This document shows, piece by piece, positions 27,191 through 40,876 of a stretch of DNA of 64,000 nt. Origin of the DNA: Pecten maximus (taxonomy: Eukaryota). Position numbers and translations under genes: made by a program. Positions within the stretch are counted from its first letter, which is position 1; the number at the start of each line of letters is the position of its first letter. The stretch is taken from contig NC_047033.1 of NCBI RefSeq assembly GCF_902652985.1, positions 10,106,001 through 10,170,000 of the forward strand, read 5' to 3'. The notes beneath the pieces are model-generated. The model made no database searches. It was not told the DNA's origin and saw only the letters and a list, made by a program, of their open reading frames with translations.

Positions 27191-28589
27191 CCTTCTACAT
27201 TTTTAATAGCCTCAAGTTCGTGCGATTATATTTTGGCCCCGCATAGCCATTCTTTTTTGTTACAACTACAGTTTCGTTCCAATGCGGTAATTCTCTGGGG
27301 GGTTTTCACCGTCTGTGGAGCGAGGTACACTGTATGCAAACAATGTATTCATATATATATATAGTCAGCCTGACTCCGTAAATGTTAGCCGAGATACCTT
27401 AGGGAAAAAAAACAAAGAAAAAAAAAAAACACACACACACACAGACAAAAAATATTGTTTACCTTTATGAAGTTGGCGTTATTTGCAGTGTTCCTGAATT
27501 ATTAAACATGCACTGAAATATCTAAAAAAAAGCTAAACTCTAGGCGTATTGCTAACCCCTGAGGGTGTCCTAATCCGGATTTATTGACAGGTGGAGGCAA
27601 ATGATTTCTATAATTACACGTTATTCTGCTGATTAAAATTTGTCAATGCACTCTCCTATAATGATCCTTTTATTTTTTATGTTTTCGAACAGAAGTGGCA
27701 AGTCTATTTCTGAAGTCTCTTTAGATATGTCATTGTCCATTGGTGTTATATGTTCCTTTAAAACCTATTTTTTGGAGGAAAAGTGCATCTGCAATTTGGC
27801 TTATTTCGATCGTTATTGGGAAATGGCAGGTGATCGTATGATGGCTTCTCTTTTACAGTGAACAGAAGGAATATATTTCGTAAAGCACAGTCTATAAAAA
27901 GTACAAAGTAAATAATTCAGTAGGTGTACAGTTTAAACATTGAAGAAATCTGTCAATACGGTCCACACATATTAAAAGCTTATGCATTGCTGTACATGTG
28001 CTCTGCTAATAATCTAAATATTTCATTAACATTTCGTAAACGTGATTTGCAATAGTAATTGCTTTTTAATCAACAACATTTGTTTCCTCATAGAATGCAT
28101 TTTAAATGTGACTATTTTGGGATCATAACTTCTATCTTAATTGCAAGTCAATGAAACTCTTGAATATTTCTTAGTACGATTAACATTTCTCCTTTAGATA
28201 TCTGAAGAAAATTTAAACTGCAGAATTTTAATTATCAGCATTTTTATTAACTTTTTTCATAAATTCTTGTATTGATACGTGATGTTGCAGCGCTAGATAT
28301 TGTTTGAGATCATGTATGTCACTTACAATATACTGTAGGATTTCTACATTTCTATGTTGTTTTGCTTCCTACGGTAATAATTATCAAGAACTACTCCACA
28401 GACAATCAGGAACAGAAACCTTAACACAAATACAACTTTGTTTTCTTCATTTAACCATTTTTTTAGTATTTTAATTACAGTTTTAGCTATTGGCTATTTC
28501 TCGTGTATTCGTTTATTCTCGTTTATTCAATAAACACCAGATCTCGATGTCGTTCAATAATTGTATTTTCTGACATCAAAAGAGGAAGA

Positions 28590-29135
28590 TCAAATATATC
28601 GTATTTTAATTGGAATTCTGATGATTCCAGAGTTTTAATGAAATGGCTGGTACATTGGAGATGCTTTATATATAGAATCGAGTTTCATTTTCCCCCCTGA
28701 AAATCCTATAATTATTAAAAACAAAATGGCAAACGCTGTCGAGTTTCTATGACAAAGACAACAACAGACCAACGTATGTGCTGCATTCTCATTCGGATTA
28801 CTTCGTCTTCTTAAGATGTCCTTATTTTGGGAAAGGTTTCGCTTCGATTGTCACGATTTCCGTTGCAGATGTCGACTGCTGACATTAACAAACAAGGTTT
28901 CAATAGATACAGGATGATGATGACGACGTGGAACTTTTATGTTCGACAAAGTCTATTTCCGTGTGCGATATGACGACATCAGACATGTTTGATGCTTGTT
29001 GATATGCTTAGTAGTTCATTTGTTATCAATTGCAACCCAATTGTTAATCATCTAGGATTTGACCTAGCTGTGCACGACGGGTGCCATCGATGAAGCAGAA
29101 GACGGTTAACATTACGAAGCACCTGATCCTATTCC
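28590..29135 (+). mobile_element. Decayed Penelope-like element RT C-terminus and 3' region
   Basis: Frameshifted remnants ISYFN..., IEFHFPP, PTY..., KQGFNRY and ISVCDMT..DMF occur in the order of the PLE motifs ASYLDL / DDFNFPI / PAYG / QGF / ISVSQMTTDMF. They are followed by cacgacgggtgcc..gaagcagaagacggtta..gcacctg. Confidence 0.55.
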
Positions 29136-29853
29136 CTCCCTTAATACTTTTCCATGAGTCTCCATGCCAATTTATATTTTTCTTTGTATTTTGCCCAAAT
29201 CAATTCTTAATTTGATTTTTATTTTGTTATCATGTCATTGGGCTTTGTTGTTTGTGTATATGTAATATCGCCAGTGAGGTTACATATTTACTTTTTACTT
29301 GGATGACAAGAACGTTTTGATAAATATTCCTCAAATCCGAGTAGTTATTTGTTGCTTTATATATACCATCTAGATTTTTACTGGTTCATCGAAAAGGAAA
29401 TAATCACAGCTCTGTGATACTTACACCGATATACTGAATAGGTGGTGTATTGTATTAGTCAAAATTGATTTCCTTTCTTATTTCAATCATGTCCGTCTTT
29501 ATCACGACGTTAATTTGTCAAGAAAATCAGAAACCATCTGAAGAAGATTTCGATAATAGTGTCAGAAACACGAGCCCAAACGTGTTCTGAATAATCTCAG
29601 GCTTCGCTGGAAGTGGACTGGTATCCATAATGGTCAAAATAACAAATAAAAATCCCTGAGAATATGTCCGTTTACGCAGTATATTTCTAGTAACACTTGG
29701 AAAGTACGTTTTTGAAAGTATTTGATATTTATTGTTATCTCGCGAGTAAATATTTATTCATTAAAATATTAGACAACAATAATATTCAAAAATGAAGATT
29801 TTGACATTTTTAATCTGTTACCGGCGGTTTCTATGGTCACCTTAAGCCCTATG

Positions 29854-30231
29854 CATCACTGACGAGTCCTAGAAGGACGAAACAGCTGCATTGGCCCTAA
29901 CATCACTGACGAGTCCTAGAAGGACAAAACAGCTGCATTGCCCCTAACATGACTGACGAGTCCTAGAACGATGAAACAACTGTATTGGCCCTTATATCAC
30001 TGACGAGTCCTAGAAGGACGAAACAGCTGTAGGATGTCCCTAACATCACTGACGAGTCCTAGAAGGACGAAACAGCTGTAGGATGTCCCTAACATCAATG
30101 ACGAGTCCTAGAAGGACGGAACAGATGTATTGGCCCTTATATCACTGACGAATCCTAGAAGGACGAAACAGCTGTAGGATGTCCCTAACATCAATTATGA
30201 ATCCTAGAAGGACGGAACAGATGTATGATGC
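29854..30231 (+). ncRNA. Tandem array of 8 hammerhead ribozyme monomers (47-49 nt), same family as 436-3896
   Basis: For example 30043-30086 reads acatca CTGACGA GTCC TAGAA GGAC GAAAC AGCT GTA ggatgt. Units 4 and 5 have intact cores; the others carry core, stem or cleavage-site mutations. Confidence 0.92.
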
Positions 30232-32384
30232 CATATAATTAATTTTGTTTCTACTGTACCCAATTCTCGTTTCTGGCTCATTTAGATATAACTCTCAATT
30301 TGTTTTAAACGATGCTAATATCATGTGTCATTTGTACAGTCCAAAATCTTACCATAAAACAGTGGAACAGGAAGTGCACATCTAATTGCTGAAAAACTAT
30401 TTATAGCCAAACGGAAATAATTAGCGGAGCGTTTTAAATGATAAATAACCACTAACAGACTCAATGTTAGCAGGACAAACGCAGTAAAACGTGTCTGAGG
30501 ACTAATTACGTCAGCGGCAGACAATTTCTCAGAATAACTGTCACTAGGTAACAAACGATCTATTTCTGGGTGGCTTCCATGGAACAGTTATTGACTAGTT
30601 AAAGACAGTCGGCCCCTCTTTTTCTCTTAAATCTGATATATAAGTGTTTGTGTATTTATATTGCTTTCCTTTTACATAAAATAAACATGGTTTTATCGTT
30701 TAAAACATTCTTCGTTGATAAATTAATTAGGGAACTGGATCAAAAACCGAAGGAAACAGAGTGCAGTGAGATTAAAGCCATGGTATATGAAAGGGTAAAT
30801 GTCCTCTGTTTCGTCAAGTCATGGAAATGCAAAGTTGATCTCAGTAATGAACAATACCATGTCATCAAAGTGTGAAACAGGATATGGACCATGTTACCCT
30901 TAGATACACTTTCTATTCGCTCAATAAATCTTGCCATTTCTCAATGAGATTAACCAAAAATGTCGAAATATTCTATCAAGTTACTTTGTCCCAAACCAAA
31001 GGTCTTCCATCTTAAACCGGATGCTGATGTTATCATAAAGTGCTTATTATGCAAACCATAAAAAAAATCTTTATCGTTTCCTAAAACAATGAAACAAATC
31101 TCAGAGTGACTGTATGGAAGCAGTCTAAATGCGTAATATCCATTTTGAAACGAAAATCTTACGACCACGACCACGACCACGACGACGATGCTGTGATAAT
31201 CGAAGCCGAGAAAGTAACACTACAGTCTCGCTTTTGAGTCTTCTCGTCACAGACGAGACAGAAATTTCTCGAATCCGAATATTCTCATTTAAAGTTCTAG
31301 GCCGCGACAGGTCAACCCAAGGTAAATATCCGAAGTGCGTGGTTCTACTCTCCTTGCCCGTGTCGGTTTGCATTTCTCGGGAAGCTGCTCAAAATGACGC
31401 TGGATATTCAAAGGGGCGAACTTCAACCTTATTCCAACGTTATAAATTCAAAATATATTAATGTTCTACATCATTACTAGGCACTTCCTTCTTTCTAATC
31501 CGGGATGAACGAGATTTCACTGTATGCATAGTCGGATTTAGCGTTCATTCCAAGCGTTCGCATATTTCTTAAAAATTATGATTTCCAATAGGCTTAAAAA
31601 AAAAACACAAAAAAAAAAAACTAAAAAAATCCTTCATCGACAATTTACCATATTTCATTATGAGAAAATACTGCTGATATCTTAATATTGCTGTTTTTAT
31701 GTAAAAGTTTCTTCCAGGTTCGATTTGATTCCATGATCTTTTCAGGCTCGGAAAGTTTGGCTGCACTTCCATCACAATATTTTTGCACTTTTGCAGATAA
31801 GCCGTTGCACATCACTTTTACGAAGTACGCTTGACTCCAACGGCTTTCTCTTACAGTCGTAGATTTTTTTTAATTTTACAGGATTTTAATTCCATCGCCG
31901 ACAGAATTTCGTCAAAAAAAACATGACACTAAAACAAGATTTATTTTGAAGGAGAATTACGTGTTAAATATATGCTTATATTTGTCATGTGTATTTGTTT
32001 TAATTTCCAGTTTAACTGACGCGTCTGTAATTAGTTTCTGGTGTTTTCGTGTATTTCAGGAAGAGTCTGCAACAAAAATAGTCGTTTGTGTCAGTACTCC
32101 CAGAGGTGCTTGGCGTTAATGGAAGTCTGAGGATGCGATGTCCCCTACCAGGAACCATTCTTCTTCTTAATAACGCTACATGAATGTAATTTTGTTAAAT
32201 GAAAACTTACATATGGCATCTTCAAGTATGTAAGAGAAGAATAACCTTAGATAAAAAATCAAGATCCACATGCGCATTTATTCAATTGTGTAATTATCTA
32301 CGTACAGGTAAGCAACAGGTACTGTATGTACTTAATGTAATTATGTTTGTAAATCGTATGTATGTTAAATACAGAACCGATGTC

Positions 32385-33055
32385 AACACAAGATTGAAAT
32401 GCTATTATATGTCCCGCTGGGCCTGCTCTGTCAGTACAATAAGTTTTAGTTTTTCCAAAACATCACTATCCCCCGAGAGTCTGAAGTTATTCCGAGTTCT
32501 GAGTAAAAAAAAGCAAAACGGAAATAGGAACCAATTCCTAGTTTTTCTTAAAAGGAACTCGGAACAGAAAAAACATCAAATCTCAAACCCAAAAATTCTC
32601 AAAATTCACCTTAATAATAGTCATTGTTACACCGAAAATCACTCATTCTGGTGTAAAGGTGTAAAGATAATAAATCTGATATATTATATTATTAATTTCA
32701 CTTTAGCTATAGTCATATTTGCAAATCAGTTGGAGAAGCATTGTAATCTGCAGGGTGTGTCGAGACACCTAGACTGCAATACAGCTATTGTCCTGGTTCG
32801 ATTAGAGTAACACGTTTTGAGAAGCTGATCTAAACACAATTATTATAGTCCATATGCCCTAATGTCCAGAGTCACTGGACCACAAAGTCTGGATGATATT
32901 CTGTAAATGGAGGGGGATATAATAAAATGTCCGCTAAGTGGTCTAACTATACGCCAAGTTTGGTTGAACTTGGATTTAGACTTTTTGAGTAACGGATATA
33001 AACTGTTAAAGTTTAAAGTGAAATATTTATAACGCCGCAGGCGGGACAAAAAAAC
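32385..33055 (+). mobile_element. Helentron/HINE-like non-autonomous element
   Basis: Starts aacacaag, has the subterminal inverted repeat tgtcccgc (32410) / gcgggaca (33041) followed by an A-run, and an internal ccaagtttggttgaa motif. Confidence 0.5.
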
Positions 33056-34989
33056 AAGTCTATCGACGTTTAACGTTTCCGAGCTGAACAGCTAAATAGT
33101 TAGGATCTTAATTCAACCTAGTGTCTGTGCATGTAATAAAGCTTTGTGCAAATTATGTACTTTAGTTACAAAAATACAAAATTCAGTACTAAACTATTGA
33201 TTAAAACAAATCCCCAAGACTAAACTGTCGCCAATAAAGGTAATAGTGTCTTGGTCAAGTACACAACCACCACCAGCACCGACCGGTGAGTTTCTTGGAT
33301 TCCAGAAAACCCCAAAACCGACATGGATAGGGAGCGTGGAACCACACACCCCGGATCTTCACCTTTGGTTACTTAGCCGACGCTCCCAGAAGTGAGACAG
33401 CGGTTAAAGAATCATTAGGAAGAAGAAAGTGCCTTCGAATAAAGAGAAAATTTAAGATCCAAAGTTTAGTCGTCTCTAATGAATCATGCAATTTGGAAAG
33501 CAGGTAAACCCTACCTGCAGCTACCTGCAGGACAGGTCATCATAGAAATTGTAGCTTAAATTATTTTCAAATTTGATAGTTAGGAAAAAAATCTTAAGCA
33601 CAGCATTGAGGATTCATTTCAAAACGAGTTTCCTGTTAAATTTTGTTAGCCGATTTTGTGTTATACAGAAAACAACGGACTTTAGGAACATAAAAATACA
33701 TTTGAATACATATTATAATTTAAGTAGCAGTACACCAAATCCATGTTGACCAGGATCTACTCTGTGGTCATCGCTATCTTGACCATTGCGTGCAAGCGTA
33801 AATGAGATAGACACCCGGAGGATCGGGAACCCAGACGACGTTAGTGCGTTTGTCAGCAATGGGATTTAGCACTACATGAAATTATAGTTGAATCTTTATA
33901 ATCACGAACCCGGACAAATTAGCAGGTTTGGGGTGGACAACAGTACCACTATCAGTATTTCACTTTAGCACATGTCACTGTTATTTCATGGATTGTTATT
34001 AAGTCATTCTATCTGTCTAGACGTTAGTGTTATGTTCGATTTGATATCGTCTATAACCGCCATGTCTAACTAATATCGTTACTGTTCCTTGCAATATTTA
34101 TTTCGGCATTCGTGACAGGAAATACACCCACTTGTCATTTCCTAACGAAATATATTTTATCTATCATTGTTTGTTTCCTGTCTGCTGTACGTTTATTGGT
34201 CAACAAAACCGGAATTAAATATCCCGTCGACATGGTAACCAAATGGTGATCCCTCTGGGCCATCAGAAGGAATCAGTTTAACTCAACTTGTACACATTAT
34301 TCATATTTACAGAAAACACCAAAGAGTGAGATATTTTTAGATAATGAAAAAAAATGAACATTTTTACTTTCATAACGACGAAACACAAGACGTGTAGCGA
34401 AAGCGAATGTGGATGAGTGTATTTGCGAACAGCCGAGGGTCGCGAAGCTGAGGCACCCTAGAAAAGACAGCTGGCTTCCCTCCACTTACAACTTACAATG
34501 TACCTAACCCCCACCCCCTCCCCCACCCACCCTCGTTGCCTTCAGGTGAAAGCACGTTTTTCAAATGCATGCGTTGCAGTATGTTTTTATACGCTACATA
34601 GTTTCAATTACTATTGAGTTAAAAAGTTTAAATACTGATGTACATCATCTAACTCTGTTTATTAACAAATACCGCTCATTAAAAGAACGCATTAACTTTA
34701 GTATGTGGAAACAAATATGAAAAAATATCACAGAAAAAAGGGATTCAAGGGAGTGCGTCTGGCTACGCAAATCAAACAAAAGATAAGATGTCACCTATTT
34801 GCACGGTGTAAACAAGTGTTCTGTCTCCCCCGGCCAGCTCGTGCGGTCGCCAGGCAACAGGCAAAGAACAACACCGGAAGAGTTCTCTCTGTTTTCGCAG
34901 ACGGACTTGATTTTTTTGGTCTATTTTAAACAGTTATGTTTATAATTCAATAACACGAACGGGTTCAGTCTTCGGTAGATGGTGCTTTA

Positions 34990-35165
34990 AGTCATCAACT
35001 TGATGAAATCTGCAGCATTTTATTGCAGCAACATCGACGGAAAATCCATCTCGGAAGCAAAAAAAAATATATCGGCCTCACTTCGTCATCGTTGCTATGA
35101 CTACCGGATGTTAGATTCCGCCGTAAAACAATTTGTACTAAATAAATACCATATGCTGATCCCGC
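34990..35165 (-). mobile_element. Decayed Penelope-like RT C-terminal fragment flanked by TTAA-site insertions
   Basis: The ORF track shows SAYGIYLVQIVLRR...SHSNDDEVR, similar to PLE PAYGVYISQLIRY..ACSxYxDF. TTAA junctions lie on both sides (~34987, ~35167). Confidence 0.5.
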
Positions 35166-36589
35166 TTTAAAGGTCCCCCTTGACGACAGAGGATTGGAGT
35201 CCGTTTCCGTCCTCCGTTCATAAACATCCTCTGTACGGTGGTCACTTAAATGAAACCGGAAGCCAGGCCCGAACGACAGCAATACATAACATTTGTGGGG
35301 TGTTGTTTCAAGGTTTCTTAGTCGGCCATTTTGTAGCTGACATTTTAGCTGATTCGAATTCGTCATTATAAGTGCAAAAATATCTGATATTGTCCATAGA
35401 GACAAATGTAATGAAGATATGAGTAGGTTTTCCATACATCGAAACTTTTTTTGTGTTTTTTGGGTTTATTTTGGGGTTTTTTTCCTCCGTTTTTTTTTTT
35501 TTTTTTTTTTTTTAGATAAATGCATTTTGATTTAAACATATTTTATTTGTCAAAACACAAATGGGATAAGACACAAGTATAAAACTTATAATCCGTCTTT
35601 TCCCGTATAACATAAATGCTTAAATGAATATACATGACCGAAAATAATAAGGACAATTGATGATAATGTGACCATGTAAAAAATAGCTATAAGATAAAAT
35701 TTACCAAATACATTTGTCATATTATGAAGTCATTGTACCCGCATGTTTGTTTTTGTTTTTTTTTTTTTTGGTTTTTTTTTTGTTGTTGTTTTTTTTGTGG
35801 CTGCACATATACACAAAACGTGCTGCATGTGTAACAAATAAACTTCAAGTATCAGAGTTAATGACTATATTACTGATTAACATATTCATATGTATACATG
35901 TATACAATTACAGATAATGTAAACAAATATAACAACAGATTGCTAGCTTCGATAGACTTAGAATATTGAAATACATTACATTTAACATAAGGAAAATAGT
36001 TTTTGCACCTGTGCTGTAATAACTAATCAACTTTATCAGTAAATTACATATCAAAAATAACCTATTCATTAGTTTGCATGCTGATAGCCAATTGACCGAG
36101 TACACCGCAGACCGCTAGACACATCCAGAAACTCACTACACAAATAGCACCGTACCATGAATGTCTGTTCTTTCTTTACACTTGTACCACATCACAGATC
36201 CCGACTCCTGTAATTCCGAGCTTTAAACTCCTTGCTGGTGGGGACGCGGTGAACCATGTCAACATAGTATCACAATACCAACAAGATGTTAGGGTTAATC
36301 GTCTATAAGCTGAATTAATTAATCAACACGTTTACTATGGCCAAGAAAGTATTAGACTAATCAAAATAAGTACGGTTTTCGTTTTCAGAAAGCATGTCAG
36401 AACCGAATAACAACAGATCTGTTGACATATCAATTGAATTAAACAGCATACTCGAAATATCATATGAATATACACAACAGATATAAGTATATAACTCGAA
36501 ACTAAATTTTTCCAAATCCTCTCGAAAAATAAGTATACGCACATTTGTTATTGATAAATGATGTGAAATTCAGCGTAACATAAACATTG

Positions 36590-36792
36590 AACAACGTAAC
36601 CGCAATATAAGGACATAACTACCGAATAGAAATATAAATATAAGGAAGTGTCTACCGAATATAAAGACATATCTACCGCATATAAAGACATATCTACCGA
36701 ATATAAGGTTATGTCTACCGAATATAAAGACGTAACTACCGAATATAAGGATGTGTCTCCCTCATATAAAGACATATCCACCGAATATAATC
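36590..36792. repeat. 21-bp minisatellite (ccgaatataaagacatatcta)
   Basis: About 9 imperfect tandem units; explains the repetitive ORF 36548-36781. Confidence 0.9.
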
Positions 36793-38092
36793 ATATTTGA
36801 TCACCTAAGACAGCTCTGGCGTTCTATATAACACGGTATAGTTATACATCCAATGTCTAAATACAAGTATGGTCTATATATCTTTCATGGCGTCAATATC
36901 ACGTTAAAATGCTCACTGATTTAATTCTGGTTAGAAATAGAATGATTGATTTTGTGATATAACTTTTTAATCGTAACCTTATCTGATATAACAAACATCA
37001 TTCTCGATCCCTTATCCCATCACCAGGACCAATTATCTTTAAAATTCTCAGTTACCTCCCCCTGCTTGTTTCTCCATATTGTCACTTCTATGTATCTACG
37101 GCTACATCTGAAATTTAGTAGATTGTTAAATCAAACCACATTTGTGATTGAAATGTTGTTATATTTGTATTCTCTTCCATTTCATTAAATCCCATCTGAA
37201 TGCATCGTCATTAGGAATCCTTCCTCCCATACCCATAGAACGATAACTATCGGAACGAACTAGGACAGAACAAAGGGGAATAACTCTACACAACAATTTG
37301 TTAATGGCTTTTTATATCATCTGGTCATTAGGGGAAAGATAACACCAGGACTATTAATGTTTTAGAACCTGCGTTTACGTTTTCTGTGGCGTTCATCATC
37401 AATATAATCGCCATTACGTTGAGCCAGTACCATTAAATGGGGCCCAATTACTCCTTGGTGACGATTAAAATGTCCATTTAATATTAGAACAACGCAAATC
37501 TGTACTTTAATAGAAAGACTAAATCGATTTCTCCTCTTTTCAACTACACGTTTTTAACAAGAAATATGTATGTAACGTATTATATCTTCAAAGAAAGTAT
37601 TCTTGTTAGTTTTTTAATTCGACGAAGTCACAAAGTGTCCGTCGAATATCTAAAAATTCTTCTCTACTGTTCGACGTTGGTCGTTAAGCACGAGGTAAGG
37701 ACAACTTCAGGTATATTTTTTTTATAAGACAACAGAAAACTAGCTCAAAATTGACAAAAGGAGGATAAAAAAGAACAAATACAACCATATATTTGTATGG
37801 AGACTCTTGAAAAATTACAAGGAGACTCATCCAGGTGTTCAGGAAGAGTAATCGTCTTCTGTGTCATCGACGACACTTACAATACCGATCTGTGTCAAAT
37901 CCGTGTAAAGTCACAATCGCGATATGAAAAAGGGTTGGTGATAACGGAACCATTTGGCACATCAACAAACAGGTAACACGTCTGATTTCATATCTCATAA
38001 GGACATAGAATATTTCTCAATGCGAGACGTGCATCCATCGTTTAGTTTTTGATTTCACATTAAGATGGCAACTTACTATCTTGTATGTTCAC

Positions 38093-39250
38093 GATACTTA
38101 GTTGTACGTACTAGATATTAAGCCGTAGGTACAAAATACTTAGTTGTACATACAAGATACTTAGTTGTACATACATTTGTACAAGATACTCAGTTGCACA
38201 TATACGTACGATACTTAGTTGTACATACACGATACTTAGTTGTACGTACCAGATATTAAGCCGTAGGTACAAAATACTTAGTTGTACATACAAGATACTT
38301 AGTTGTACATATACGTACGATACTTAGTTGTACATACAAGATACTTAGTTGTACGTACTAGATATTAAGCCATAGGTACAAAATACTTAGTTGTACATAC
38401 AAGATACTTAGTTGTACATATACGTACGATACTTAGTTGTACATACAAGATACTTAGTTGTACGTACTAGATATTAAGCCGTATGTACAAAATACTTAGT
38501 TGTACATACAAGATACTTAGTTGTACATATACGTACGATTCTTAGTTGTACATACAAGATAATTAGTTGTACATACTAGATATTAAGCCGTAGGTACAAA
38601 ATACTTAGTTGTACATACAAGATACTTAGTTGTACATACATTTGTACAAGATACTTAGTTGTACATATACGTACGATACTTAGTTGTACATACACGTACG
38701 GTACTAAGGTGTATGTACAAAATACTGAGTTGTACGTACAAGATACTAAGTTGTACATACAAGGGAGACAAAGTTGTACGTACAAGTACGATACTAAGTT
38801 GTACATACAAGTACGATACTTAGTTGTACATACACGTACGGTACTAAGGTGTATGTACAAAATACTGAGTTGTACGTGCAAGATACTAAGTTGTACGTAC
38901 AAGATACTAAGTTGTACGTACAAGATACTAAGTTGTACGTACAAGATACTAAGTTATACGTACAAGATACTAAGTTGTACATACAAGTATGATACTAAGT
39001 TGTATGTACAAGATACTAAGTTGTACGTACAAGGGAGACTAAGTTGTACATACAAGTATGATACTAAGTTGTATGTACAAGATACTAAGTTGTACGTACA
39101 AGATACTAAGTTGTACGTACAAGATACTAAGTTGTACGTACAAGATACTAAGTTGTACGTACAAGGGAGACTAAGTTGTACATACAAGTACGATACTAAG
39201 TTGTATGTACAAGATACTAAGTTGTACGTACCTGGGAGACTAAGTTGAAC
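38093..39250. repeat. 21-bp minisatellite (gatact[t/a]agttgtac[a/g]tacaa) with higher-order variants
   Basis: Direct inspection; explains the repetitive ORFs YVQLSIL / CTYNLVS / YVQDTKL. Confidence 0.95.
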
Positions 39251-40876
39251 GTGCAAAATAAATATGTTTGGAGTGACCCTAATACGCTGCCTTATATTCA
39301 TATCATTATTCATTTTATCAAAATACAAATGTATATCAGGGTATCGTTTTACAAAGCTTCGTAACTTTGCGTAAGTCACATTTACGAATTACGTCTACTA
39401 ATTATAAATATAAGCGTTTCACAAAAACTTCGTAACTTACGAACGAAGTTACGCAAAACCATGCGTAACTTTATGCCATATCCACCCTGTTAACTTACGA
39501 AAACAATTTAAAAGCGTGCGCAAGCATGCCCTTTTGAACAGAAAATGACGTCGTACTCAGTCAAAAATTCGCATAAGAGAACAACTATGCCTTGTGAGCT
39601 TTGAATGTCGAGGAGGGATGCCGGCAAAATTACACATTGTTATGAAACTAATTGTACGTATATTCGTATAATGTGACAACAGTCAGTCTATTTTAAGAAC
39701 ATTACGTATATATATGAGCTTTGAGCAAAATCTGTGAAAATTTCGTTGTTACCGTTTGTTTTACGGTATGATCAACAATATAAAATTGGAATTTCATAGA
39801 AAATTTGATCTTCTATCAATAATACGGTTGTTTTGATAGCACAAAATAAAGTTCCTAGTCTGTGTACGGGACTCGGGAATAGAACCGGCGTACAATTTTC
39901 ACCTCAAAAGTGTCGTCCTTATAAATATTTTACTTGTTAGAAAATTGAAAATTCACCCCAAAACGAAAGAAATACATGTATCTACTACTTCTAAAACCCT
40001 TCAGTGCAATGTATTTGAGTGGCACCCCGCACATGCGTAGAATTTAAAAAAAATGAAACAAATGAGCTAACTATGAAATACAATTATAGTATCAAAAAAT
40101 ATAGCCTTTAATATCTAGGTTACTTGTATGTGCTTTTTAAAGAATAATTCTTAGCATTGACGTTTCAAACCTAAAAGTAATTTAAATCAATTGATATCCA
40201 TATTTTACCATTTTTAAAAAGTAATAATGATTACGATGAAACTGAACTGAAAATTTCATTGGAATGAATTTGACAGAAAAGTCCATTTAAACCAATTTCA
40301 GGTGCAATTTGGTAGCCGGGATGATTAAGAAACCACAGAACGAATTTGTGTCACTCTCACTCATACAGGTCTCTTTTCCCAGCCATTAATATTGCTAGTC
40401 GACAAAAAGTGGACACATTTTCTTTACGTGAACTAATTAACCAAACGCACCCTCAACCGGTGCGTTCGAGTGACATATGTTTTGAGTTCTCGTTACTCCT
40501 ATCCGGGAACCAATATTCTTTCCGTTCTATGCAATAATTACGGGGTCGTATTTTTCATCTAAAAGCTCATACTTCCATTCCCAATTCTCAATTAGAATCG
40601 AATACGTCTTTCCCCGACTGCCTACAATTCTGATCTTAATTCAGAGTGTATTGGGTATCTAATGATTCTCACTGCTGAGCTGTCATTTTATCGTCGATGT
40701 TTAGTTATCACCGTCATCCAGGACCACACTTGTCAAGATTTCATTGCCATAATTATTCTTAATAACGCTGAAAACAGTCCCTGTGGCCAAGAGAAGCTAT
40801 TTAAGCCCAGTATTTCACATACAATGTTTTTTCTTTGTTTGTGTAATAAATTCTCGCGTTCCAGTTACATGTATAT

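Noticed and set aside
29530-29592. CUGAAGA...GAAACACG...CGUGUU hammerhead-like string
   Set aside because: Stem I cannot form next to the core, and the hairpin tcagaaacacg/cgtgttctga sequesters GAAA
32199-32810. Longest ORF (203 aa)
   Set aside because: It runs through a non-autonomous repeat, has low-complexity AT-rich composition and shows no recognisable domain
38111-39379. Several 60-179 aa heptad-repeat ORFs on both strands
   Set aside because: Translations of a 21-bp minisatellite that is open in many frames
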